From positions 14,668-78,667 of the forward strand of contig JBKCPL010000057.1 in assembly GCA_046309355.1 (NCBI GenBank): DNA of 64,000 nt. Direction: 5' to 3'. The position numbers and the translations under genes were made by a program. Origin of the DNA: Bacteroidota bacterium (GTDB lineage Bacteria; Bacteroidota; Bacteroidia; UKL13-3). The notes beneath the pieces are model-generated. The model did no database searches. It was not told where the DNA came from and was given only the letters and a program-made list of their open reading frames with translations. Each line of letters opens with the position of its first letter. Within the stretch, counting starts at the first letter, position 1. Positions 27,860-36,884 of the stretch are shown here, one piece after another.

Positions 27860-28672
27860 TTATTTCAGTTTAGCCAGCTGCGGATTGCGTAAGCCGTCCA
27901 TAGTTACAATTTCAGCTTTTAGCGAACCTACCCAAATTTCGGATTGTACCAGCAGCGGTATTTTATTTTCATCATCGGTTACCCACATAGTAATGGCTTC
28001 CTGATCTTTAAACACACGGCCTTCAATAACTTGAGGTTTAACTTTAATGGCTTTGAATGTTCCGGCATCTACTTTAATAGTCTCGCGACCTAAATAACGG
28101 AACCTGAATTCGTAATTTTTGTGATCGAGGTAAAACGTCACCGGAAAAACATCGCCCGGCTGAGCACCTGTCATATCAAGGCTTCGGGCGTAATAGATGG
28201 ATGAAATAATATCTTTTGTGCCCTCGGGTATTTGCAGCACACCTCTGCGGCTTACGGCTGTTCTTCTGCGGTGGTCAAATGTAATCACATCCTTATCGGT
28301 GTAGTTTCCTTCCTTTACATTTTTAATAGCTTTCCACGGCACCAGTGCTTCCACATCCAGGTACGATTCGTACTCGTCTTTTACCTTAAACATCATATCT
28401 ACAATGCCGGTTGATTTACCTGAAACCTTGATGTGATAGGTTTGCCGCGAATTCACCATTTCTGGTTTTTCAGATACCTGAAAGTCGGCATAACCACCTG
28501 TTAACAGGCCGTAGTGTATGCGGTAGCGTAATTTTTCGCCAAATGTAAATGCGTTGTTTTTTAAGGGCTTCAGTTCATACAGCACTTCATCTTTCGGAGC
28601 CTGATTGTATGCATACAGTGCAGGCAAAAGAAATGTGGCAAGTAGCCATACCGGAAGAATTACTTTTTTCAT
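27860..28672 (-). CDS. DUF3108-like secreted protein
   Basis: Signal peptide MKKVILPVWLLATFLLPALYA; start moved to Met26 of ORF. Confidence 0.4.
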   Translation of the reverse strand: MKKVILPVWLLATFLLPALYAYNQAPKDEVLYELKPLKNNAFTFGEKLRYRIHYGLLTGGYADFQVSEKPEMVNSRQTYHIKVSGKSTGIVDMMFKVKDEYESYLDVEALVPWKAIKNVKEGNYTDKDVITFDHRRRTAVSRRGVLQIPEGTKDIISSIYYARSLDMTGAQPGDVFPVTFYLDHKNYEFRFRYLGRETIKVDAGTFKAIKVKPQVIEGRVFKDQEAITMWVTDDENKIPLLVQSEIWVGSLKAEIVTMDGLRNPQLAKLK

Positions 28673-28757
28673 ACGTATCATAATGCCAAATTGTATGCCA
28701 AAGGTTAAAAAGCTTGTGTGTTTTCCATTTAGCGTGCTGAAAACCAATAATGTTTAA

Positions 28758-29456
28758 TCATCGATTAACCATTGCCGATTGCAGCAAACTTTCAAATAAT
28801 ACGCGGCCATCTGTATTGTACAGTAACTCGTCTACAACACGCTCTGGGTGAGGCATCATTCCAAAAACGTTACGCTGCTCATTGCATATTCCTGCTATAT
28901 TTTCAAGTGATCCGTTGGGACTACTTTCAGCAGTTATATTTCCATTTTCATCGCAGTAGCGAAACAGTATTTGATCATTTGCTTTCAGCTTTTCCAGTGT
29001 GCTGTTATCGCAGTAAAATTTGCCTTCACCATGAGCAACCGGTATTTTCAATGCACGTGTTGTATCGGTCAGTGACGTAATAAGGCTGTTGGTGGTTTGT
29101 GCCTGAATGTATACGTTTTTGCAATTAAATTTCTGATTGTCGTTGTGCAACAATGCTCCGGGTAGTAGCTTTGACTCGCACAAAATCTGAAAACCGTTAC
29201 ATACTCCCCACACCAATCCGCCTCGGTTGGCAAATTCAATCACATTTTGCATGATGGGTGAAAATCGGGCAATGGCTCCGCTGCGCAAATAATCGCCATA
29301 GCTGAACCCCCCGGGCAAGAAAATGAGGTCACATCCCTGAAGGTCGTGATCTTTATGAAACAGGCTTACGGTTTCGCATCCAAACTGATTTTGAAATGCA
29401 TAAATGGCGTCTTGATCGCAATTGGACCCCGGAAAAATAACAACACCTACTTTCAT
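28758..29456 (-). CDS. purQ: phosphoribosylformylglycinamidine synthase subunit PurQ (glutaminase)
   Basis: Class I GATase, GVCNGFQ catalytic Cys, HPER. Confidence 0.85.
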   Translation of the reverse strand: MKVGVVIFPGSNCDQDAIYAFQNQFGCETVSLFHKDHDLQGCDLIFLPGGFSYGDYLRSGAIARFSPIMQNVIEFANRGGLVWGVCNGFQILCESKLLPGALLHNDNQKFNCKNVYIQAQTTNSLITSLTDTTRALKIPVAHGEGKFYCDNSTLEKLKANDQILFRYCDENGNITAESSPNGSLENIAGICNEQRNVFGMMPHPERVVDELLYNTDGRVLFESLLQSAMVNR

Positions 29457-29573
29457 CGGTTAATTTGTTTTGATGCAGCGAAAGTAATGCATGACGGGTA
29501 ATTCTTTACACGGGCAACGTGTTCTTTTTTTAGCACATAAAATACTGCGCTTTGCCTATCTTCGCGCCCTGTT

Positions 29574-31109
29574 ATGAACGAAACCAGACGCGTACGTGTG
29601 CGCTTTGCACCAAGTCCGACAGGCCCTCTGCATATTGGGGGTGTTCGCACGGCATTGTACAATTATTTATTAGCCCGGCAACAGGGTGGAGATTTTATAC
29701 TGCGTATTGAGGATACTGACCAAACACGATTTGTACCCGGTGCCGAAGAATACATCATTGAGTCATTGCGCTGGCTAGGTATTGAACCCAATGAAGGGGT
29801 AGGGTTTGGTGATGGACCCCATGCGCCATACCGGCAAAGTGAGCGCAAACCGGTGTATAAAAAATATGTAGACCAGCTTATCGAAACCGGTCATGCTTAT
29901 TATGCTTTTGATACGCCCGAAGATCTGGAGGCCATGCGCGACAGGCTCAAAGCATCCAATGTAGATGCTAAGTATGATGCCATTACCCGAATGGCCATGA
30001 AAAATTCGCTGACCTTGCCCGAAGATGATGTAAAACGCAGACTTGAAAATGGCGATACGTATGTGGTTCGCATCAAATTACCCAAAAAGGAAGAAGTAAA
30101 ATTTCATGACGAAATACGCGGTTGGGTGAGTTTCAACACTTCGCAAATGGATGATAAAGTGCTGTATAAAAGCGATGGTATGCCTACCTATCACATGGCT
30201 AATGTGGTAGACGACTTTTTGATGCAGATAACACATGTCATTCGTGGAGAAGAATGGCTTCCTTCAGCTCCGCTGCATGTGCTGCTGTATCGTTATTTAG
30301 GCTGGGAAAATGTGATGCCTAAGTTTGCCCACTTGCCCTTGCTGCTTAAACCCGAAGGAAACGGAAAACTGAGCAAGCGCGATGGCGACCGACTGGGTTT
30401 TCCTGTATTTCCGATCGACTGGAACGATCCTGCATCAGGCGAAAAATCAAGTGGCTACCGTGAAAGTGGCTATCTGCCCGAGGCAGTTGTAAACTTACTC
30501 GCCTTGCTGGGATGGAATCCGGGAACCAATCAGGAAGTGTTTACGCTGGAAGAACTGACCGCTGCTTTTTCGCTCGATAGGGTGAGCAAATCGGGAGCCA
30601 AATTCGATCAGAATAAAGCCAAGTGGTTCAATCAGCAATACATACGCCATGTAGATGATGCCACACTGGCTGCCGAACTCGCCAAAGAAGTAAGTAGCCG
30701 TCACCTGAATTTCAGCGATGCTTATATTCACGAAACATGTCGCCTCATGAAAGAAAAAATTTCATTCATGAAAGACTTGTGGCCTATGAGTGTGTATTTT
30801 TTTGTTGAACCGACCACCTACGATGAAACAGTAGTACAAAAACGCTGGAATGATAAATCGCCACTGGTATTACAGGATATGATACAAACGCTTCAAACTA
30901 CACAGGAGTTTGATGCTGCCATTGTTGAAAAAGCCTATACCGATGCATTGGCAAAAGCAGGTGTAGCCGGTAAAGATTTTATGCAATTGCTGCGTGTATG
31001 CCTAAGTGGTGTTGCCGGTGGGCCGCCTATTTTTGAAATGGCCGCTTTGTTCGGAAAAGAAAGTACTTTGCGCAGGTTAAAGCATGCACTCGAAACTTTA
31101 TCGGCATGA
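29574..31109 (+). CDS. gltX: glutamate--tRNA ligase
   Basis: HIGG (PTGPLHIGGVRTA) and KLSKR (GKLSKRDG) class I motifs. Confidence 0.95.
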   Translation: MNETRRVRVRFAPSPTGPLHIGGVRTALYNYLLARQQGGDFILRIEDTDQTRFVPGAEEYIIESLRWLGIEPNEGVGFGDGPHAPYRQSERKPVYKKYVDQLIETGHAYYAFDTPEDLEAMRDRLKASNVDAKYDAITRMAMKNSLTLPEDDVKRRLENGDTYVVRIKLPKKEEVKFHDEIRGWVSFNTSQMDDKVLYKSDGMPTYHMANVVDDFLMQITHVIRGEEWLPSAPLHVLLYRYLGWENVMPKFAHLPLLLKPEGNGKLSKRDGDRLGFPVFPIDWNDPASGEKSSGYRESGYLPEAVVNLLALLGWNPGTNQEVFTLEELTAAFSLDRVSKSGAKFDQNKAKWFNQQYIRHVDDATLAAELAKEVSSRHLNFSDAYIHETCRLMKEKISFMKDLWPMSVYFFVEPTTYDETVVQKRWNDKSPLVLQDMIQTLQTTQEFDAAIVEKAYTDALAKAGVAGKDFMQLLRVCLSGVAGGPPIFEMAALFGKESTLRRLKHALETLSA

Positions 31110-31720
31110 GGAAGAGTAACTACATATACCTGTTTTTAACAGCATGGTTGCTGTCATCGTGTGCTGCACATTTTGACAGGTATCCGGGCGAAAAGCTCAC
31201 AACGTTTCCTCAACAGTTGCAAGGCGACTATTGCTTTGCCAACAAGCCTTTTTTTATGAGTTGGTTTAAAAAAGATACTGCCATATTGCACATATCGCCA
31301 ACCAGCATTGTACGACTTGCAGACAATGAACAAACAAAACCCCTACTGCTGAATGATACGGTGGTGCTATCCTCGTTCGGGAAATATTACGCACTAAGTC
31401 AGCGTGATGAAAATATTGAAGGTGCATGGACAGTAAGTATTATACGTGCCGACCGCCATTCACTATCGCTGTGGGTAGTAGAAGAAAACAAACCGTATGC
31501 CCGCGTTTTATTGTCTCAACTGGCTTCTCAAACCTATGTGAGGCAACCCGGACAAAATTGGAATAAACTGGCAGCCACTCAAGAAGTGAAAGCACGAGCT
31601 ATGAAAAACTCGCACAGCGACACAGCCGTTGTATTTACCATGAACGATGCTGTTTTACTGCAGCTATTCGAAAAACACATTCAGAAAGAACGTCCCGTAA
31701 TACTTAAACGCTATAAATAA
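31106..31720 (+). CDS. lipoprotein, unknown function
   Basis: Lipobox LLSSC; ATGA overlap with gltX stop. Confidence 0.45.
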   Translation: MRKSNYIYLFLTAWLLSSCAAHFDRYPGEKLTTFPQQLQGDYCFANKPFFMSWFKKDTAILHISPTSIVRLADNEQTKPLLLNDTVVLSSFGKYYALSQRDENIEGAWTVSIIRADRHSLSLWVVEENKPYARVLLSQLASQTYVRQPGQNWNKLAATQEVKARAMKNSHSDTAVVFTMNDAVLLQLFEKHIQKERPVILKRYK

Positions 31721-31726
31721 TTACAC

Positions 31727-32131
31727 ATGAACAGACCCATACGCGTACTGGTAGCTAAAGTTGGATTAGACGGACACGACCGTGGCGCAAAAGTAATTGC
31801 TACAGCGCTGCGTGATGCAGGCATGGAAGTGATTTACACCGGACTTCGTCAAACACCCGAGATGGTGGTACAGGCTGCGCTGCAGGAAGATGTGGATGTG
31901 ATTGGCGTGAGTATTTTATCAGGCGCACACAATACCGTTTTTCCGCGTATCATCGAGTTGATGAAGCAGAACGGATTAACTGATGTGTTGCTCACCGGTG
32001 GAGGCATAATACCGGATGACGATATGAAACAGCTGAACGCTTCAGGAGTGGGTAAGCTGTTTGCACCCGGAAGCAATATGGCTGAAATAGCAGCATATAT
32101 AATGGAATGGGTTTCACAAAAACGGACATAG
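31727..32131 (+). CDS. stand-alone cobalamin(B12)-binding domain protein (methylmalonyl-CoA mutase C-terminal-domain-like)
   Basis: DxHxxG B12-binding motif ([10 protein letters not shown]) and Rossmann-like body. Confidence 0.75.
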   Translation: MNRPIRVLVAKVGLDGHDRGAKVIATALRDAGMEVIYTGLRQTPEMVVQAALQEDVDVIGVSILSGAHNTVFPRIIELMKQNGLTDVLLTGGGIIPDDDMKQLNASGVGKLFAPGSNMAEIAAYIMEWVSQKRT

Positions 32132-32136
32132 CCTAA

Positions 32137-35100
32137 TTAACGCTCCATTTTTCCACCCAACACAAACGAGCGCTTGCTGCGCTGTACATCGCCTTTTAGA
32201 TTAAATACTTCGAACCATACGGTGTAAATACCTATGGAAGCCTTCGTGTTTTTATCATCTGTTCCGTCCCAGCTAACGGTGCCTGATGTACCTAGTATGC
32301 TGTTGCGCATTAAGGAAGTTACTTCGCGCCCATGTGAGTCGAAAATACTCAGATTACCGGTGTAGCCGCTTTCGGCAAGTTGATACGAAAACTGAATCAC
32401 ATCATTGTACCCGTCATTGTCGGGCGAAAATACTTCGGGCGAAACTCCCAGCAGTGAATGTGCTGCCGAACCATCGGCATATTGTGAATTTTTATAGGTG
32501 GGTGTAGCAAATCCTGCTGAGGCAGATGCAGATGTCCAGTTGGTTTTATCACCGGTTGCCCTGAACGGATGAATACGTTCCAGACTTACACCATCGGTAT
32601 TATCAAGCAATGCAAAATGCATGTCATCTGTATAGCTCAGCTGATCGTAACGAGTCAGAAATTTATCATGAATCACGCACGTGCCTTTGTCATTCGGGAA
32701 TGAGGGCATTTTACAGTTGACCATATTCAGTGGATTCGGAGTGTAGTAGTCGCGCTGCACTGAACCGGCATTGCTGGTTATGACCACATAGTTGCCGGGC
32801 AACACAATAAAGCCGCTGTCGGATATCGCATAGGATTCGAGCAGAGAATAATTTTCACCGGTGTTGCCAACAAAAAATTGTTTCAAATCCAGTATTCGGT
32901 TTCCGGTGTTGTACAACTCTATAAAATCTACACCACTACTGCGTGGGTTAAACAATACTTCGTTAATGACAATATCGCCCGGTTGTGCGGTATCGGGTAG
33001 TCCAAAATCGGCAAAATCCTGTTCGGCAATTTTATTCCCGGCACAATCTTGTACTTCATTCACCACAATACGATAAGTAGATTGCGGTAAAAATGCATCG
33101 GCAAACGAAACCCGAACTTCGTTGTAAAACGGAGGCATAAGTTGTATGCCGTTAGCACCCGAGTTGCCTGCTACAGTATACCTTGATACTGCAAGCTGTG
33201 TTGTGCTGTCTATCGGCTCATCAAAAGTTAGTCGAACAGTGTTCGCGTTAAGCGGATATGCCTGCATCAATACAGGTGGCTTACGGTCGCGTACGATGCT
33301 TTTATTCGAATTTGTTTTGCCCGGACTACCACCTGTCAGTGACGAGCTGGCTATCCAGTTTTCAGCACCTGCACAGGGATTTTGTGCATCCATTAACTCC
33401 AGGCTCCAGCCTCCGTTCTTCTTCACATTATCGCGGTACCAGTAGTCAGTGTATTCCACTGCATGTATCACCTTCCCGAAATTATCCCTTAATACAAGTC
33501 TTTCGCCATCGTTACTTAGCAGCGGGAATCGGTTAATGCCGACAACACGAGCTTTGCCCGTAAAAAACGCAGCGTTATTTAACGATGTAAGCACAATAAA
33601 ACTATCGGGGTATAAGGTAACAGAAGGTAAATCGGCTGTACCTGTGTTGTCGGATATGCTCCAATTATTTAACGAAAGTATACGGTTGCTTCGGTTGCAC
33701 AATTCGATATATTCTGCATTGGGCAAAGCGACTACAGGATCGGGATTGGCCATAATTTCATGAATTAGTACGTCAAACGAGCGAGCAGTATCAGGTACCT
33801 CACGGGTTATAAATGCGGTATAAAGTTGCATGGCATTTTGATTGCAATCGCGTGCACCTGATAGTGTAATTTTGTAATTTATATTTTCAGTAAGTGCAGT
33901 TGTGTTCAGCGTCACTCGATTCAGTTCGGGCCATTGTATGCTTCGGGCATTGATTGATAAAACAGGCTGCGATAAAAAGGAAATGTTCAATGCCGACAGG
34001 CTGTCCATGCGTTCACTGAAATCTATTTGCAGTTGATTTTCGCTTATGGCAGACACAGCACTTACAAGCGGGGCTTGCGAATCGGGTTGTGTGTTCCACT
34101 GCGAATTTTTTATTCCAGGTGTACCTCCTGTTGCATTAACGGCTGCTGCGTAGTTGTTCTGTTGCTTGCAATAATCAAAAGGATTGATGAGTTCAATACT
34201 CCAGCCACCGTCACTTTTTGAGTTATCGGTATACCAACTCATATCGTACTTGAGCTGATGGATAACTTGGTTATGTTGGTTTCGGATACTGATTTCGTCA
34301 CTTGAATTATTGAGTGATGGAAAATTGGTTAAGCCCAGTGATTTGCCGAAGGGTTGAAACATGAAAGCAGCACTGCTTGGGCAAAGTATCAAAAAACTAT
34401 CCGGCTGAAGCACGTATGAAGGCAGGGATGCTGCTCCTGATTCATCGCTTAACGTAAACCCATTCAAATTAATCGGAAATCCTGAACGGTTATACAATTC
34501 AATAAATTCATATTCGGGTAACCCAACTACAGGAGTTGGGTCAGCTAAAAATTCGCTGATGAGTAAATCATACTGTTCTGTTACAACATACTGAAAGGCT
34601 GTATTCAAGCCGACCTGTGTGTTTCCTGATTGATCTTTAACCCCATCAACTGTTAGGGTATAGCTTGTTTTATTTTGCAGTGAGGAGAACAGCGTCAGTT
34701 CTACTGTTCGGTTGTTCAGTAGTGTTGCGCCAATGGCATTGCCTATTCCTTTATCAATACTATAATGCTGATTCTCTACGGCAGAAACAGCATCTAGTGG
34801 TTCATCAAAAACAACCTGAACCTTGGTGGCATTAACAACGGTTACCTGATCAACACGGGGTGCTGAATTATCTACAATTACCGGTCCGGCATATACATCA
34901 TCGGCATAGAAATTAGCTGTATTGCCGGAGGTAAACCGGAATAAAAAACCCATAAAAGCCGATGCAGTAAATTCGTTGTCGAAACCGGTTCCTTCCAATA
35001 CAAAGGAGGTACTTCCGGTGGTATCGGAATACAACTCCCAGTTCCCGTTACCATCACGAAGTATGCGTAGTTTCACCAGATTGTTGTTTTTACTAACTGT

Positions 35101-35529
35101 AGTTGGACGTCCGGCTACAACGCGCGTGTGCACACTCCCTTTTTGTTTGTATAAAGTTATAGAATCGGTGGTGCCGGTCACACCGCCAATCTGCACATAG
35201 TACCCATTGAGGCTGCCCCGCAGGTCGGCTGCATCACTCATGAGGTATATGCGTGAAAAGTTTTGTGAACTCGGACTAAATGCATTTCGAATCCAGAAAC
35301 GCCACTCGGCATTCGTAGTTACACTATAGGCCGTAGCTAAATGTATATCCCGGGCACCTGTAGCTTTGCTTTGAAGTTGTTTGGCTGTATTTATCTGAAA
35401 CAGCGAATCATCGCCTACCCATACCGGATTTTGGGTGAAATCACCATCTGAAAAATCATCAGTGACCTGAGCCTGTACGGCACACAGCCGCAGGCATACC
35501 AGCAAAATAAGGATTCTTCGCTTTGCCAT
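32137..35529 (-). CDS. 1130-aa secreted protein with three lamin-tail domains (LTD) and a type-B (gliding-motility C-terminal) T9SS sorting domain
   Basis: Three repeats of ISEFLADP/IHEIMANPDP/VINEVLFNP + EFIELYN; C-terminal VFSPDNDGYNDVIQFSY...WDGTDDKN...GIYTVWFEV. Confidence 0.65.
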   Translation of the reverse strand: MAKRRILILLVCLRLCAVQAQVTDDFSDGDFTQNPVWVGDDSLFQINTAKQLQSKATGARDIHLATAYSVTTNAEWRFWIRNAFSPSSQNFSRIYLMSDAADLRGSLNGYYVQIGGVTGTTDSITLYKQKGSVHTRVVAGRPTTVSKNNNLVKLRILRDGNGNWELYSDTTGSTSFVLEGTGFDNEFTASAFMGFLFRFTSGNTANFYADDVYAGPVIVDNSAPRVDQVTVVNATKVQVVFDEPLDAVSAVENQHYSIDKGIGNAIGATLLNNRTVELTLFSSLQNKTSYTLTVDGVKDQSGNTQVGLNTAFQYVVTEQYDLLISEFLADPTPVVGLPEYEFIELYNRSGFPINLNGFTLSDESGAASLPSYVLQPDSFLILCPSSAAFMFQPFGKSLGLTNFPSLNNSSDEISIRNQHNQVIHQLKYDMSWYTDNSKSDGGWSIELINPFDYCKQQNNYAAAVNATGGTPGIKNSQWNTQPDSQAPLVSAVSAISENQLQIDFSERMDSLSALNISFLSQPVLSINARSIQWPELNRVTLNTTALTENINYKITLSGARDCNQNAMQLYTAFITREVPDTARSFDVLIHEIMANPDPVVALPNAEYIELCNRSNRILSLNNWSISDNTGTADLPSVTLYPDSFIVLTSLNNAAFFTGKARVVGINRFPLLSNDGERLVLRDNFGKVIHAVEYTDYWYRDNVKKNGGWSLELMDAQNPCAGAENWIASSSLTGGSPGKTNSNKSIVRDRKPPVLMQAYPLNANTVRLTFDEPIDSTTQLAVSRYTVAGNSGANGIQLMPPFYNEVRVSFADAFLPQSTYRIVVNEVQDCAGNKIAEQDFADFGLPDTAQPGDIVINEVLFNPRSSGVDFIELYNTGNRILDLKQFFVGNTGENYSLLESYAISDSGFIVLPGNYVVITSNAGSVQRDYYTPNPLNMVNCKMPSFPNDKGTCVIHDKFLTRYDQLSYTDDMHFALLDNTDGVSLERIHPFRATGDKTNWTSASASAGFATPTYKNSQYADGSAAHSLLGVSPEVFSPDNDGYNDVIQFSYQLAESGYTGNLSIFDSHGREVTSLMRNSILGTSGTVSWDGTDDKNTKASIGIYTVWFEVFNLKGDVQRSKRSFVLGGKMER

Positions 35530-35590
35530 GGTTACAAAAGTGTTATATACGTGTTCGGTCTTGTTTCTTTAGTACATTCGCCCGATAAGT

Positions 35591-35968
35591 ATGGAAAAGA
35601 ACCGAAATATAACACATGAATTGGATGATTCCACAAAAATGAAGTGGTATAAACTTGTTTTTGGCCTGAAAAAGCAATTTGGCAAGAAGCCGGATATGAA
35701 TGCTATACTGTTTTTAATCGGCATGAATGAGGTTGGAAAAGTAAAGGAGTACAGCAAACAGGAGAAAACAGAACTGATGCATGTGGCTACTTGCAAGCTG
35801 CTCAGTTACGAGGGCTATTACAAACTGGAAAAGTACGATCAGGATGGATGGCCTCATTTTGAGCTCGTCAATCTGCCGCCTTATGCCGATTTGTTGCAAC
35901 AGGAAAATTTATTGCGAAAATTAATTGTACAGTATTTCGAAGAAGAAGGTATTTTAGACGAGTATTAA
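35591..35968 (+). CDS. hypothetical protein (125 aa)
   Basis: ORF only; no recognisable motif. Confidence 0.3.
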   Translation: MEKNRNITHELDDSTKMKWYKLVFGLKKQFGKKPDMNAILFLIGMNEVGKVKEYSKQEKTELMHVATCKLLSYEGYYKLEKYDQDGWPHFELVNLPPYADLLQQENLLRKLIVQYFEEEGILDEY

Positions 35969-35978
35969 TTTACCCGAA

Positions 35979-36884
35979 TTGTATATGATTCAGAAAGTAT
36001 TCATTTCGCTGTTTGTATGTTTTGCTTTTACTACAAACTATGCACAACAACCGTCAAAGCCTAAACCCAAAGGCGCACCCAAAAGTACCTTTCAGCAAGG
36101 TGCTGTAGAGCAACGTGCGTATGTAAATCAACCAAAGCCTGAAAAGATATATTATGTCGATATATTGACTACACTAGGCAATATCAGAGTAGGGTTGTTC
36201 AACGAAACACCTCAGCACCGCGATAATTTTTTGAAGCTGGTGCGTGAAGGGTTTTACGACAGCCTGTTGTTTCACCGTGTAATCAATGGATTTATGATAC
36301 AAGGTGGCGATCCTCTTTCACGCTATGCCGAAATGGGCGCACCGCTGGGTATGGGCGATGTAGGCTACCGCATTTCGCCCGAAATTGTACCGGGTATTTA
36401 CCACAAACGCGGAGCCCTGGCAGCAGCCCGAGATAACAATCCCGACAGAGCCAGCAGCGGCTGCCAGTTTTATATTGTGCAAGGAAAAAAATTCACTCCG
36501 GCCGAGCTGCGTGATATGATTAACGCCATCAATAAAACAAAGAAACTGGATATGTTTTCGAAACTTATGGCGGTTGATACCAATAAAGTGCGCATTGACG
36601 ATTTTCGTCTGAGAGGCGATGACAAAGGGTTGGAAAAGTACATGCTGCAGTTGCAACCCATACTCGACACGCTTTTTGAGCCCTACTTTTTCAAACCTGA
36701 TCCGAATTACGTGCAGCTGTATACCAGCATAGGCGGAGCGCCTCACCTCGATCGTGATTATACCGTATTTGGTGAAGTGGTGCGCGGTATGGAAGTAGTT
36801 GACCGCATTGCCGAACTACAAACAGGCAATGGCAATCGGCCTGTTACCGATATTCGATTTCGAATGCGCATTGTAAATCCCTGA
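35979..36884 (+). CDS. peptidyl-prolyl cis-trans isomerase, cyclophilin type (secreted)
   Basis: HRVINGFMIQGGDP and cyclophilin fold similarity; signal peptide. Confidence 0.85.
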   Translation: MYMIQKVFISLFVCFAFTTNYAQQPSKPKPKGAPKSTFQQGAVEQRAYVNQPKPEKIYYVDILTTLGNIRVGLFNETPQHRDNFLKLVREGFYDSLLFHRVINGFMIQGGDPLSRYAEMGAPLGMGDVGYRISPEIVPGIYHKRGALAAARDNNPDRASSGCQFYIVQGKKFTPAELRDMINAINKTKKLDMFSKLMAVDTNKVRIDDFRLRGDDKGLEKYMLQLQPILDTLFEPYFFKPDPNYVQLYTSIGGAPHLDRDYTVFGEVVRGMEVVDRIAELQTGNGNRPVTDIRFRMRIVNP

